Positions 46,422 through 57,299 of a stretch of DNA of 64,000 nt are shown piece after piece. Under the pieces are notes generated by a model that was given only the letters and a program-made list of their open reading frames with translations, was not told the DNA's origin and ran no database searches. This stretch comes from Saprospiraceae bacterium (GTDB lineage: Bacteria; Bacteroidota; Bacteroidia; Chitinophagales; Saprospiraceae), in contig JBLHWU010000002.1 in the NCBI GenBank assembly GCA_047629355.1, positions 948 through 64,947 on the forward strand, given 5' to 3'. Position numbers and translations under genes: made by a program. Every line of letters begins with the position of its first letter. Within the stretch, counting starts at the first letter, position 1.

Positions 46422-48434
46422 TTAATCCAAGGTCACCTCTTCTATCACATCCCCCACCGAAATATTCTGCACGACCTCCATTCCTTTCGACACTTTTCCA
46501 AAAATCGTATATTTTCCATCCAAATGCGGTGCTGGTGAGTGCGTAATAAAAAACTGCGTTCCTTCCGTATTATTTCCAGCGGAAGCCATGCCGACATAGC
46601 CACCTTCATCATAATGCAAATACGGCAATTCCGACCGAATCGTATAGTCCAAACTTCCGTAACCATCTCCACGCGGGCAGCCGGTTTGAATAACAAAATT
46701 AGGCACAACTCGATGAAAAGGTTTATTTTTATAAAAGCCATTTTTGACCAAACGCACAAAATTTACAACCGTTCCAGGCGCGAGGTCAGGCATCAAATCA
46801 ATCACAATTTCACCTTGATTCGTTTTTAAAGTTGCCGTTCCATCTTTTTTAATGGTATTGAAAGTAATCCAGTCGATTGGATGGTTAAATTTAGGTTTTA
46901 TTTCCTCCAAATCTTTACCACTTTTCAAATAATTCAGCGTTTTTATAACTTCGTTATAAGTTTCGATTTCGCGTGGCAAGTCCATTTTAGTCAACGCATT
47001 TTCTAAAAAACTTAGACTATCTAAACCAACTTTAAACCCTTGCAGTTTATCCCGCAGTAAGCCCGCAGCGACTGCAACCATTCCTGGGTCACCATTTTCG
47101 ACTGCTTCTACAATATAGAAGGTCAATTCAGCTCGAATTCGTCGGGCACTCAATCCAAAAGTCCTATCAAAATTACTATCTCGTAAAATCTGAGACAAAG
47201 CCTCAATACTTGCCGTCCGAATCACAGGAACATCCGACGGAAATGCCATACGTTTTATCCACGCATAATTCCAACCATAATTGCCCAAGGAGCGCACAAT
47301 TTCTGCTCTTTCATAATTATTCTCAGAGGTTTCAAAACGGCGTTTCAATTCCCAATTGATGAATTTTTTATTTTCTCCAAAATAAATGGGCAAGTGTTTA
47401 TTGGCAGCCGTGTATAAATTAATTTGTGTTTGCCAATTCAAAGAAGTATCTTTTGCCATTCGCCAATAAGCGGTAGCCGATTGTGAAACCCCATTTTTAA
47501 TAAAGAAAGCAGAGGCACTCGTTGCGACCTGTGGATTTTCATCTTTCAACGCTTTTATAATAGTCGGTTCAACTTTCGCATAATCAAAATTACCCAATGC
47601 TCGAATGATATTCGCTTTCACCCCTGGGTCGCGTTCGAGGCTAGTTTGTTTTATCAGTGCCGCTTCAGCCGCTTCAGATTTCGTTTTCCCAAGCGCAATT
47701 GCAAGCGTCATGCGCACTCGCGGGTCGTCATCTTTAGCAAATGCTTCCGCAATAATTTTATCGTAGTCGTTCAATTTAATTTTCTTCGCACGGTATAAAT
47801 AATTAGCAGCAATCGTGCGCACTGAAGCTGGATATCCACTCGTCGTTGCCAGTGCAACCATGCGCTCTGTGCCTTGCGGAGAAGTTATATCTCGCAGTGC
47901 ATATCGGTAAATCGCCCATGCCTGTCCTTCCAAAAGTAAGGTATCTGTTGGCTGATAAGTACTCACAGAACTCAATGGATTTAGATATTTTTTGGAACTA
48001 CTCTTCCCTATGGCTTCCAAAATCGCCGCATTGGAACGCCGGTGTACACCCGAAGAATCCATTTGGTCAAACGCTGCCAACAACTTTTCTTCTGACGCTG
48101 TTTCTCCAATCTGACCAATCGCATAGGCCGCCGCAACTTTCACATCATCAGACGGGTCTTGTAATAAAACTTCTAAGCTATCCAACGCTCGCGGGTCTTG
48201 CAAGGAACCAAAAGCCATCGCTGACATATGACGAAATGTAGGATCTTTATCCCGCAAAAATTGAAACAAGCTGTCCGATTTCTGTTGGTCTTGAAATAAA
48301 TAAAGCCGCTGCAATTTCTTTACTTTAAAATCAACATTAATATCCGTAATGACCTCTTCCGTCGGTGGGATGCATTGTGTAAAAACTGTTACACTAATAA
48401 ATAATAAAAATATGTGTAGCCTATTCATCGTCAA
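46422..48434 (-). CDS. HEAT-repeat protein fused to a C-terminal cyclophilin-type peptidyl-prolyl isomerase
   Basis: HEAT-like repeats (DPRVRMTLAIALGK, DENPQVATSASAF). The C-terminus has FHRVVPNFVIQTGCPRGDGYGS...GTQFFITH. Confidence 0.8.
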   Translation of the reverse strand: MTMNRLHIFLLFISVTVFTQCIPPTEEVITDINVDFKVKKLQRLYLFQDQQKSDSLFQFLRDKDPTFRHMSAMAFGSLQDPRALDSLEVLLQDPSDDVKVAAAYAIGQIGETASEEKLLAAFDQMDSSGVHRRSNAAILEAIGKSSSKKYLNPLSSVSTYQPTDTLLLEGQAWAIYRYALRDITSPQGTERMVALATTSGYPASVRTIAANYLYRAKKIKLNDYDKIIAEAFAKDDDPRVRMTLAIALGKTKSEAAEAALIKQTSLERDPGVKANIIRALGNFDYAKVEPTIIKALKDENPQVATSASAFFIKNGVSQSATAYWRMAKDTSLNWQTQINLYTAANKHLPIYFGENKKFINWELKRRFETSENNYERAEIVRSLGNYGWNYAWIKRMAFPSDVPVIRTASIEALSQILRDSNFDRTFGLSARRIRAELTFYIVEAVENGDPGMVAVAAGLLRDKLQGFKVGLDSLSFLENALTKMDLPREIETYNEVIKTLNYLKSGKDLEEIKPKFNHPIDWITFNTIKKDGTATLKTNQGEIVIDLMPDLAPGTVVNFVRLVKNGFYKNKPFHRVVPNFVIQTGCPRGDGYGSLDYTIRSELPYLHYDEGGYVGMASAGNNTEGTQFFITHSPAPHLDGKYTIFGKVSKGMEVVQNISVGDVIEEVTLD

Positions 48435-48496
48435 CCTTTTTTGTTTTTTTTTTGCAAAAATAGCGTTTTATTTTAATGAAAAATTAAGAATGGAGA

Positions 48497-48662
48497 ATTA
48501 GTACCGCGAAATAAATAGATTCAGATTCTTGACAGGATATTTTGTCCTCATTTTTTACTTTAAAAATGCTCATTATGTCAACATAAATCACAGTTTCAAA
48601 GCAAAAAGAGAAAACAAAACCTCACTCCCAAGAATCTGAATTTATTTATTTCGTGTTCCTTA
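48497..48662 (+). mobile_element. MITE family B, copy 1
   Basis: About 38-bp TIRs (..CGAAATAAATAGATTCAGATTCTTGACAG / ..CAAGAATCTGAATTTATTTATTTCG..). It is colinear with 59784-59948. Confidence 0.85.
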
Positions 48663-48718
48663 AGAATGTTGAAACGGGCATTTTTAATGATAATTAAGGT
48701 TTTTAAATCTTCATTTCT

Positions 48719-48759
48719 AAAAAAAATGCCCACGACTAGTTCCTAATCGTGAGCATTTT
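48719..48759 (-). terminator. Intrinsic terminator after the C1-like gene (shared module with 49801-49838)
   Basis: Minus-strand RNA AUGCUCACGA..UCGUGGGCAU followed by a U run. Confidence 0.7.
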
Positions 48760-48779
48760 AATTGTTCATTACTAATTGT

Positions 48780-49610
48780 TCATTCTTTATTCGGCATCAT
48801 CACATATCCATTTTCTACCAATTTGCCAAAATCATCATATTCAATCCACAAATAGCCATTGTCCGCCCATCCATTCCCCCAAAAACCGGCCACTTCAAAA
48901 GCCTCTAAATCTTGGTCATAGCCCACGACAATAAACGGCTGTAATTTGGTGTTTTTCGATTTTCCTGACACCCAATATCGGGTATCTGATAAGTCTTCAA
49001 AGTCTTCTGGAACATTAATAATTGCCAACATTGGATTACCCCGCATCAAGGCTTTTTTGGTTTCAAAAATCCGTTGCTGTGCCCTCATTTCTGGACGTAC
49101 GACGCGTAAATAATTGGCAATTGTAAACTTTTCCGTCGCATATACACTCCTCGGAATCGACATAGCATCATATGCCATAATCGCTGCGCTAACGGTCCCT
49201 TCGCTGATTAAAAATTCAAAAGCACTTTTTAGGTCGTATTTTTCCTTTTGTGCTAAGTTCAGCGCAATGTAATCCGGACTTAAATTGACTTTATAATTAT
49301 TGTCAAAATTAACATAAAATTCCAGTAACGTTGCCAACGCGTAACTTTCCATCGAACTCCGCTCGCTTACTTTTCGAGGTGGCATCATGTACGATTTAAT
49401 GCTTTGTTCGGTCAACATTTCACGCGAACTGCTCCCCAAACCTGGCATCAATGGCATCAATTCCTCAATCAAAGCATCGTTGCTGATACCGATTTCTTCG
49501 ATGCCTTTAGAATGCGTATTTTGAGGATTTATCCCATCGGTTATTTGAGCAAATAAGATGGTTTGGCAGAAAATAAATAGAATGGCGATTATTCCTTGAA
49601 TCAATTTCAT
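48780..49610 (-). CDS. Secreted papain-fold (C1-like) protein with substituted catalytic residues
   Basis: Start at MKLIQGIIAILFIFCQTILFAQ. FIVVGYD...GFWGNGWADNGYLWIEY aligns by eye with papain DHAVAAVGYG...NSWGTGWGENGYIRIK. Confidence 0.55.
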   Translation of the reverse strand: MKLIQGIIAILFIFCQTILFAQITDGINPQNTHSKGIEEIGISNDALIEELMPLMPGLGSSSREMLTEQSIKSYMMPPRKVSERSSMESYALATLLEFYVNFDNNYKVNLSPDYIALNLAQKEKYDLKSAFEFLISEGTVSAAIMAYDAMSIPRSVYATEKFTIANYLRVVRPEMRAQQRIFETKKALMRGNPMLAIINVPEDFEDLSDTRYWVSGKSKNTKLQPFIVVGYDQDLEAFEVAGFWGNGWADNGYLWIEYDDFGKLVENGYVMMPNKE

Positions 49611-49636
49611 AGAATGAATTTTATTTAGCAATTTTT

Positions 49637-49710
49637 TGTAGCGGCGACTTTAATTCCCAAGCTTTTTTTAAAATATGAAAGCAGCTTGGCGACTAAAGTC
49701 GCCGCTACAG
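49637..49710. repeat. Nested palindrome TGTAGCGGCGACTTTA...TAAAGTCGCCGCTACA
   Basis: Read directly. Inner pairing is ccaagct/agcttgg. Confidence 0.7.
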
Positions 49711-49800
49711 AAAAGAACGCAAAGGAACGGGTTTTTCTTTTTCAGATGAGTATTTTTTTAAATATTATTTTAAATATTGGAAAAATCAGAAAGGAAATTT

Positions 49801-49838
49801 AATAAAAACGCCCTCGACTATTTACTAATCGTGAGCAT
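49801..49838 (-). terminator. Intrinsic terminator after guaB (paralogue of 48719-48759)
   Basis: The minus-strand RNA stem has 9 of 10 pairs only when two G-U pairs are allowed, and is followed by UUUUUAUU. Confidence 0.65.
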
Positions 49839-49881
49839 TTTTATTCTTAATTCTACATTTTTTAATTCTTCATTACAAAAA

Positions 49882-51459
<1,578 letters not shown>

Positions 51460-51514
51460 TTACTATATTGCGGTTCTAATTGGGTAAAACACCGAAATAC
51501 ACCATGCTTTCTTA

Positions 51515-52795
51515 ATGCAAGACAATAAAAAATATATCCTTCTTGGCATCGCCATTTTACTAATGACCGTCTTTTTCGCCTATTTCTTTGGCAATCCTAA
51601 AAAGCAGGTCAATTGGCGAGAAGACTATAAAGAAATCAATAAAGGACCATTCGGGACTTTTTTATCCTTGAAATTATTGGAGGAATATTTTCCTAATAAT
51701 GGAGTGACTATTTTAAAAGATAGCATCGCACAGACTTTAGAAAAAGAAGAAAATCCAGCCAATTACGTTTTCGTTGGTGGCAATATGTACATGGATTCCT
51801 TAGGGGAAAGTGCCTTATTGAAATTTGTCGAAAGAGGAAACAAGGCGCTCATTGCTTCCAAATCGCCGCCGAGTGATTTGATGCAGCTTGTTTTTGAAGA
51901 TTATTGTGGGACATTTTATTGGGATTACTATCCAGTCGTTCAAGATTCAAGTGCCTATTTTAATTTAAAACACCCTGATTTGTCTTTGGGTGATAGTTTA
52001 CTGCATGTAGCTTTTGAAGAAGAGTTTGATACGACAACGTATCACTGGCACCATTTTCCCGAAGATTTTTTTTGTGAAGAAAATGAGCATTTAGTGGCAC
52101 TGGGTTCCTTTGATAGCTGGGCGATTAATTTTATAAAGGTCAATTACGGCAAAGGCAGTTTTTATTTTCATACCAATCCCATTTTATATACCAATTCTGT
52201 TTTAAAACAAGAAGATGGTTTTGAATATGCGCACCGAAGTTTTGCGCATTTACAAGAAGGCGAGACGTATTGGGACCAACGCAGTCGTATTTGGTATTCT
52301 GAAAATTCGCAAGATGATTGGTTTAGAGGTAAAAAAACGTTTGAAAGTGAAGGTCCATTGAAATACATCTTGGCGCAGCCGTCCTTAGCTTGGGCATGGT
52401 ATTTATCCTTGGCTTTGGGCTTATTGTACTTGTTATTTCGTGCTAAACGACAGCAGCGGGTCATCCCAGTTACTGAGCCGAATCGGAATACTTCACTGGA
52501 ATTTATTTCGACCATTGGACGGATGTATTTTGTGCAAAACGACCATCGAAAATTGGCGAAAGATAAGGCGAGATTGTTCTTGGCTTATGTTCGAGACAAC
52601 TATAAAATACAGACGAAAAAGATAGATAATTCATTCATTCAAACCTTGGCAAATAAAGCAGAAATTTCGCCTGATTTAATTAAAAAAATCGTTGAAATAA
52701 AGCAGAAAATCAATCTACCTGGTGGACTTTTCACGGAAGAGATGCTGATTGATTTCCACCAAGCGTTAGACCAGTTTTATAAAAATTGCAAATAG
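51515..52795 (+). CDS. DUF4350-like membrane-associated protein preceding moxR
   Basis: N-terminal TM helix, a late TM (LAWAWYLSLALGLLYLLF), and its position upstream of a MoxR ATPase. The family assignment is from memory. Confidence 0.5.
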   Translation: MQDNKKYILLGIAILLMTVFFAYFFGNPKKQVNWREDYKEINKGPFGTFLSLKLLEEYFPNNGVTILKDSIAQTLEKEENPANYVFVGGNMYMDSLGESALLKFVERGNKALIASKSPPSDLMQLVFEDYCGTFYWDYYPVVQDSSAYFNLKHPDLSLGDSLLHVAFEEEFDTTTYHWHHFPEDFFCEENEHLVALGSFDSWAINFIKVNYGKGSFYFHTNPILYTNSVLKQEDGFEYAHRSFAHLQEGETYWDQRSRIWYSENSQDDWFRGKKTFESEGPLKYILAQPSLAWAWYLSLALGLLYLLFRAKRQQRVIPVTEPNRNTSLEFISTIGRMYFVQNDHRKLAKDKARLFLAYVRDNYKIQTKKIDNSFIQTLANKAEISPDLIKKIVEIKQKINLPGGLFTEEMLIDFHQALDQFYKNCK

Positions 52796-52866
52796 CTATT
52801 CAAAGGTCAGACCGTTTTACTGTCAGAGCTCAGAAAATCAACGAATTACGAAACAATTAACTCAAT

Positions 52867-53982
52867 ATGGAAGAATTTAATAAAAACCAAAATCCTGAAG
52901 ATATCATTCGACAAATGAATGAAATCGACCTCACTAAATCTGAAAAAACAACACCTGAACAACCTGAACCAACCGAGCTTGTTCCTGAGCAAAAAACGCC
53001 AGTGGAAGATTCTGTTTGGGGGCGCAATCGCTTGGACTTATCCAAAGTGACTGCTGCTGCGAAGCGCGTCAAAACGGAACTTAAGAAAGTCATTATTGGG
53101 CAAGAGGAACTGATGGATTTATTACTCGTGGCAATTTTTACGAATGGACATGTGCTGATTGAAGGCGTACCAGGAGTTGCCAAAACCTTGACGGCAAAAT
53201 TGCTTGCACGAACCTTAGATGTTGGCTTTTCGCGGATTCAGTTTACGCCCGATTTGATGCCGAGTGATGTCATTGGGACGACGGTATATAATATGAAAAC
53301 GGCGGAATTCACCTTTAGTGAGGGTCCCGTTTTTTCTAACCTCATTCTAATTGATGAAATTAATCGTGCGCCAGCAAAAACACAAGCAGCACTATTTGAA
53401 GTAATGGAAGAATATCAGGTGACGGTTGATGGGGAGACGTATCCGATGTCGCAACCGTTTTTTGTGATGGGCACGCAGAATCCGATTGAACAGGAGGGAA
53501 CTTATAAATTACCAGAGGCGCAATTAGACCGTTTTATTTTTAAAATCAATATTGACTATCCGAGTTTAGAAGAAGAGAAAGCGATTTTGCGACGATTCAA
53601 AAGTGATTTTGAAAAAGAAGTGACGGAAGATGTCAAATCTGTTTTTTCTGCAGAAGGCATTAGGGAATGTCGCGCATTGGTGGAACAAGTGGTTATTCGC
53701 GATGAATTGCTGGATTATATAGCTCGTATTATCCACGATACACGCAGCAATGGCGATTTATTTTTAGGTGCTTCTCCACGAGCTTCTTTGTCGATTATGA
53801 AAGCGAGTAAAGCGATTGCAGCGATGAACGGACGGGATTTTGTGACGCCAGATGACATTCAATATGTGGCATATCCGGTGTTAAATCATCGAATAATTTT
53901 GACACCAGAACGAGAGATGGAAGGCGTAGAATCGAAGGAGGTGATTGAGAATATTTTGAAGAAAATTGAGGTGCCAAGGTAG
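52867..53982 (+). CDS. moxR: MoxR-family AAA+ ATPase (AAA_3)
   Basis: GHVLIEGVPGVAKT...RIQFTPDLMPSDVIGT...LIDEINRAPAKTQAALFEVMEE...ASPRAS. Confidence 0.9.
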   Translation: MEEFNKNQNPEDIIRQMNEIDLTKSEKTTPEQPEPTELVPEQKTPVEDSVWGRNRLDLSKVTAAAKRVKTELKKVIIGQEELMDLLLVAIFTNGHVLIEGVPGVAKTLTAKLLARTLDVGFSRIQFTPDLMPSDVIGTTVYNMKTAEFTFSEGPVFSNLILIDEINRAPAKTQAALFEVMEEYQVTVDGETYPMSQPFFVMGTQNPIEQEGTYKLPEAQLDRFIFKINIDYPSLEEEKAILRRFKSDFEKEVTEDVKSVFSAEGIRECRALVEQVVIRDELLDYIARIIHDTRSNGDLFLGASPRASLSIMKASKAIAAMNGRDFVTPDDIQYVAYPVLNHRIILTPEREMEGVESKEVIENILKKIEVPR

Positions 53983-54221
53983 AATCAATGCAATGCAGTT
54001 ATTTTTTGGTGTTTTATTTGTACGTTTTTTACTTTGATATAAAAACAAGTACTTTTGTGCACACCTTTATTTTACGGTTTTTTAAAAGAAAATCGCTTCT
54101 ATATTAAATTCGATGCTAAATTTAATTTTAGCATCGAATAAAAAAAATACTCGGACATATTTATTAGTTAGTTTTTTAGCTAAAAAAACATGTCCGAATA
54201 CTCATATAAATCTACCTAAAC

Positions 54222-55088
54222 ATGAAAGGAATTATTCTCGCCGGAGGACTCGGCACTCGATTATATCCACTGACGCTTGCCGTGAGTAAGCAACTGATGC
54301 CAGTCTATGACAAACCAATGATTTATTACCCATTGAGTACCTTGATGCAAGCCGGAATTAAAGATATTTTGATTATTTCGACACCGCATGATTTGCCGCA
54401 CTTTCAAAAGCTATTGAGAGATGGCAGCGATATTGGCGTCAACTTTTCGTACATCGCACAGCATGAACCCAACGGTTTGGCGCAAGCCTTCGTACTCGGT
54501 GAAAAATTCATTGATGGCGATAGTGCTGCATTGGTTTTGGGCGATAATATTTTCTATGGACAAGGGCTAAAAGAGTCTTTACAAAATAGTTTTAACCCAA
54601 AAGGAGGAATCATTTTCGCTTATCAAGTAGCTGACCCAGAACGATATGGCGTAGTTGAATTTGATGATGATTTCAACGCCGTTTCTATCGAAGAAAAACC
54701 AGTAAAACCAAAGTCAAATTTCGCTGTACCTGGACTTTATTTCTACGATAATAATGTGGTAGAAATTGCGAAAAACTTAAAACCGTCGGCTCGTGGCGAA
54801 TACGAAATTACGGACGTCAACCGCGTTTATCTCGAACAAAATAACCTCAGCGTTGAGGTGCTTGGACGCGGTACGGCTTGGTTGGATACGGGAACGCATA
54901 CATCGTTGATTCAAGCAGGACAGTTCATTCAAGTGATTGAAGAACGGCAAGGTTTGAAAATTGGATGTATCGAAGAGATTGCGCACGAGATGGGTTTTAT
55001 TGATGATGCACAACTCGAAATGCTCGGTCAACGCTATATTAAAAGCGGCTATGGCGAGTATTTACTGAATTTACTGAAAAAAAACTAA
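54222..55088 (+). CDS. rfbA: Glucose-1-phosphate thymidylyltransferase
   Basis: [18 protein letters not shown]...[21 protein letters not shown]...[19 protein letters not shown]. Confidence 0.95.
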   Translation: MKGIILAGGLGTRLYPLTLAVSKQLMPVYDKPMIYYPLSTLMQAGIKDILIISTPHDLPHFQKLLRDGSDIGVNFSYIAQHEPNGLAQAFVLGEKFIDGDSAALVLGDNIFYGQGLKESLQNSFNPKGGIIFAYQVADPERYGVVEFDDDFNAVSIEEKPVKPKSNFAVPGLYFYDNNVVEIAKNLKPSARGEYEITDVNRVYLEQNNLSVEVLGRGTAWLDTGTHTSLIQAGQFIQVIEERQGLKIGCIEEIAHEMGFIDDAQLEMLGQRYIKSGYGEYLLNLLKKN

Positions 55089-55260
55089 GCAAGTTTGGTT
55101 TTACGGTGAAGGATTGGCGACTTTTGCGCTGCTAATTTATTGAACCCCCAGCCCCTAAAGGGGAGCAAATCCGAAATTAATAATTTAGATTTCGTCATTA
55201 ACTTGGATTTGCTCCCCCTTCTTAGGGACTAGGGCTTTGCATTTGTAAAATCCAATTAAT

Positions 55261-56487
55261 ATGTCAACCACCGCTTTAATTTTTGCCAACCAATCAAAAA
55301 CGCAGGAGTTTCATCCTGTCTTCACTAAAGTTTATCAAATGACCGTGATTGAGCGCACGTTGCATGCTCTCGAACGGGCAGGCGTAAAAAAAGCAGTGCT
55401 GATTTGCGGTGAAAACGAAGCACAGTTGAAGCAGCTTTTGGCGAAGAAAAAGCCACCAGTTATTGCCCTTGATTATTTTCAAAATATAACAGATACTTCC
55501 TTTAAACGAGAAGATGCTTTTCTGATTACAGAGCCAATTGTGGTCTCGATTGATGTTTTAAAAAAGCTAAAAGCGGCGACGGAAGATGGGAAAATTCATT
55601 CCGTGACAACGCACAATGCAACGGTTGCTTATATTGCAAAAAGCGAGTGGTCGCAGTCTGATAAAAAGCGACAATCTCAGAATGTTGGTGGGACAGAATT
55701 TGATTTAATCATTGATATGTCTAAGGAAATTTGCACAACGATTCATACCAAAGCTCAATTAAAACCTACCAAAAAAGCCCTCATTAAAAGCCTCACCAAA
55801 TCGACCGACGGCTGGGTGGCTAGCAATCTGAATCGTCCGATTTCTACCAGTTTTAGCCGCATCCTTGCGCATACGTTGATTACACCGAATCAATTTACTG
55901 TTTTTACTGGAATTATCGCCTTGGTGACGGGCTATTTCATGGTCATGGGTGGCTATTGGAATTGGTTGATTGCCGCGGGATTGTTTCATTTGACCTCGGT
56001 CATGGACGGCGTGGATGGGGAGTTGGCGCGACTCAAATTTAAGTCTTCGCCTTTCGGTCAGTGGCTTGATACCGTAGTGGATAATTTATCTTATATCGTT
56101 GGTTTGGGTGGCTTGATTGTCGGCGTTTATTTAAATGGCGTACTAACTGAAATGCCTATGGTAAAATGGGCGGGAATTTTCGCAGTCATTTTCTCCGTAC
56201 TAGCATTGGGAAGTTTGTACTTGTATTTGCTGCGTTTTGGTAAAGGCGGCACCTTATTGAATGTAGAATATGGGTATCAAAATCAAACGGGTTGGTATCC
56301 TAAAATGATGGAAGTTGCGGCGGCATTTGGTAAACGTGATTTGTTTGCTTTGTTATTTTTAATCTTGGCTATTTTTGGGCAATTGCCGATGGCTTTGGGG
56401 TATGTGGCGATTATGGCGGCGGCGGTTTTTGGGTTTTCGTTGCAGGCGCATTTGATAGCGGGGAGGAAGGCGAAGGAGGCTGCTTGA
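55261..56487 (+). CDS. Fusion: nucleotidyltransferase-like N-domain plus CDP-alcohol phosphatidyltransferase membrane domain
   Basis: C-domain motif DGVDGELAR(x8)G(x3)D(x3)D read in MDGVDGELARLKFKSSPFGQWLDTVVDNL, followed by multiple TM helices. The N-domain resembles the NTP-transferase fold but lacks the GxGxR loop. Confidence 0.7.
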   Translation: MSTTALIFANQSKTQEFHPVFTKVYQMTVIERTLHALERAGVKKAVLICGENEAQLKQLLAKKKPPVIALDYFQNITDTSFKREDAFLITEPIVVSIDVLKKLKAATEDGKIHSVTTHNATVAYIAKSEWSQSDKKRQSQNVGGTEFDLIIDMSKEICTTIHTKAQLKPTKKALIKSLTKSTDGWVASNLNRPISTSFSRILAHTLITPNQFTVFTGIIALVTGYFMVMGGYWNWLIAAGLFHLTSVMDGVDGELARLKFKSSPFGQWLDTVVDNLSYIVGLGGLIVGVYLNGVLTEMPMVKWAGIFAVIFSVLALGSLYLYLLRFGKGGTLLNVEYGYQNQTGWYPKMMEVAAAFGKRDLFALLFLILAIFGQLPMALGYVAIMAAAVFGFSLQAHLIAGRKAKEAA

Positions 56488-56645
56488 TTTCTCAATACAT
56501 AATCGCTTATGGCAAGAAAAGAAAAGAGCAAAATGATAAAAAATACATTTATTCTAATCATTATAATATTTTTGATTCAATGCCAATTCTTTGAATCAAA
56601 ACCCAAAGTTGACCCAAGAAGTCTTTATGAAATTAATTTTAACAA

Positions 56646-56737
56646 TAGACTTTATGAATGGCGACTCTGGATAATTCGCAAACTATTGATTATCAATTAT
56701 TTGCAATTCTAAAAAAGCTACTCATTCATAAAGTCTA
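56646..56737 (+). mobile_element. MITE family E, copy 2
   Basis: Near-identical to 13848-13939. TA dinucleotides at both ends. Confidence 0.85.
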
Positions 56738-56786
56738 ATGAAATAAAAAAAAGAGGAATTCCATTAATTGGGAAGGAATACAAAAA

Positions 56787-57269
56787 ATGGGGAGACCACC
56801 CAATGGCATATCAACTTTGGGTAAATATGAAAGATACCATACCTCGTCATTGGAAAAAAGAGTAAATTGTGATTCGGAAGATTGGGTAAAAATAATAACT
56901 GAAGTAGATGATTTTTTAGTAAAATTGGAAGAAGATATAGTAATCCTAAGTTTTATTTATAATCTTGAAGATGAAAGAAATGGCAAATATTCATGGGGTA
57001 TAAACTTACATGAATTTATATCTCCTAAAAAAATAATCAAGCTAGATTCTTTGAAGACTGAAACAGAACAAAGTAAGAGAACAATAGATTCAGTTATGAA
57101 AATAATATCAAAAAAAATGGCGCAGGATTTATTTCGTAGCGAAACAAAAAATGAGAATTTACATTATTTTGAAATTGAAAATATTTCTGGAGAAATAGGT
57201 AATCTGATAAAAAATTTAAATATGGTTGAGGCAGATAGCATATTAAAAATAAATAATTTAAAAAAATGA
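56787..57269 (+). CDS. Hypothetical protein, 160 aa
   Basis: ORF only. Very AT-rich, no recognised family. Confidence 0.35.
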   Translation: MGRPPNGISTLGKYERYHTSSLEKRVNCDSEDWVKIITEVDDFLVKLEEDIVILSFIYNLEDERNGKYSWGINLHEFISPKKIIKLDSLKTETEQSKRTIDSVMKIISKKMAQDLFRSETKNENLHYFEIENISGEIGNLIKNLNMVEADSILKINNLKK

Positions 57270-57299
57270 ACAGCCTGTGGTGAATATCCTTATTATATT

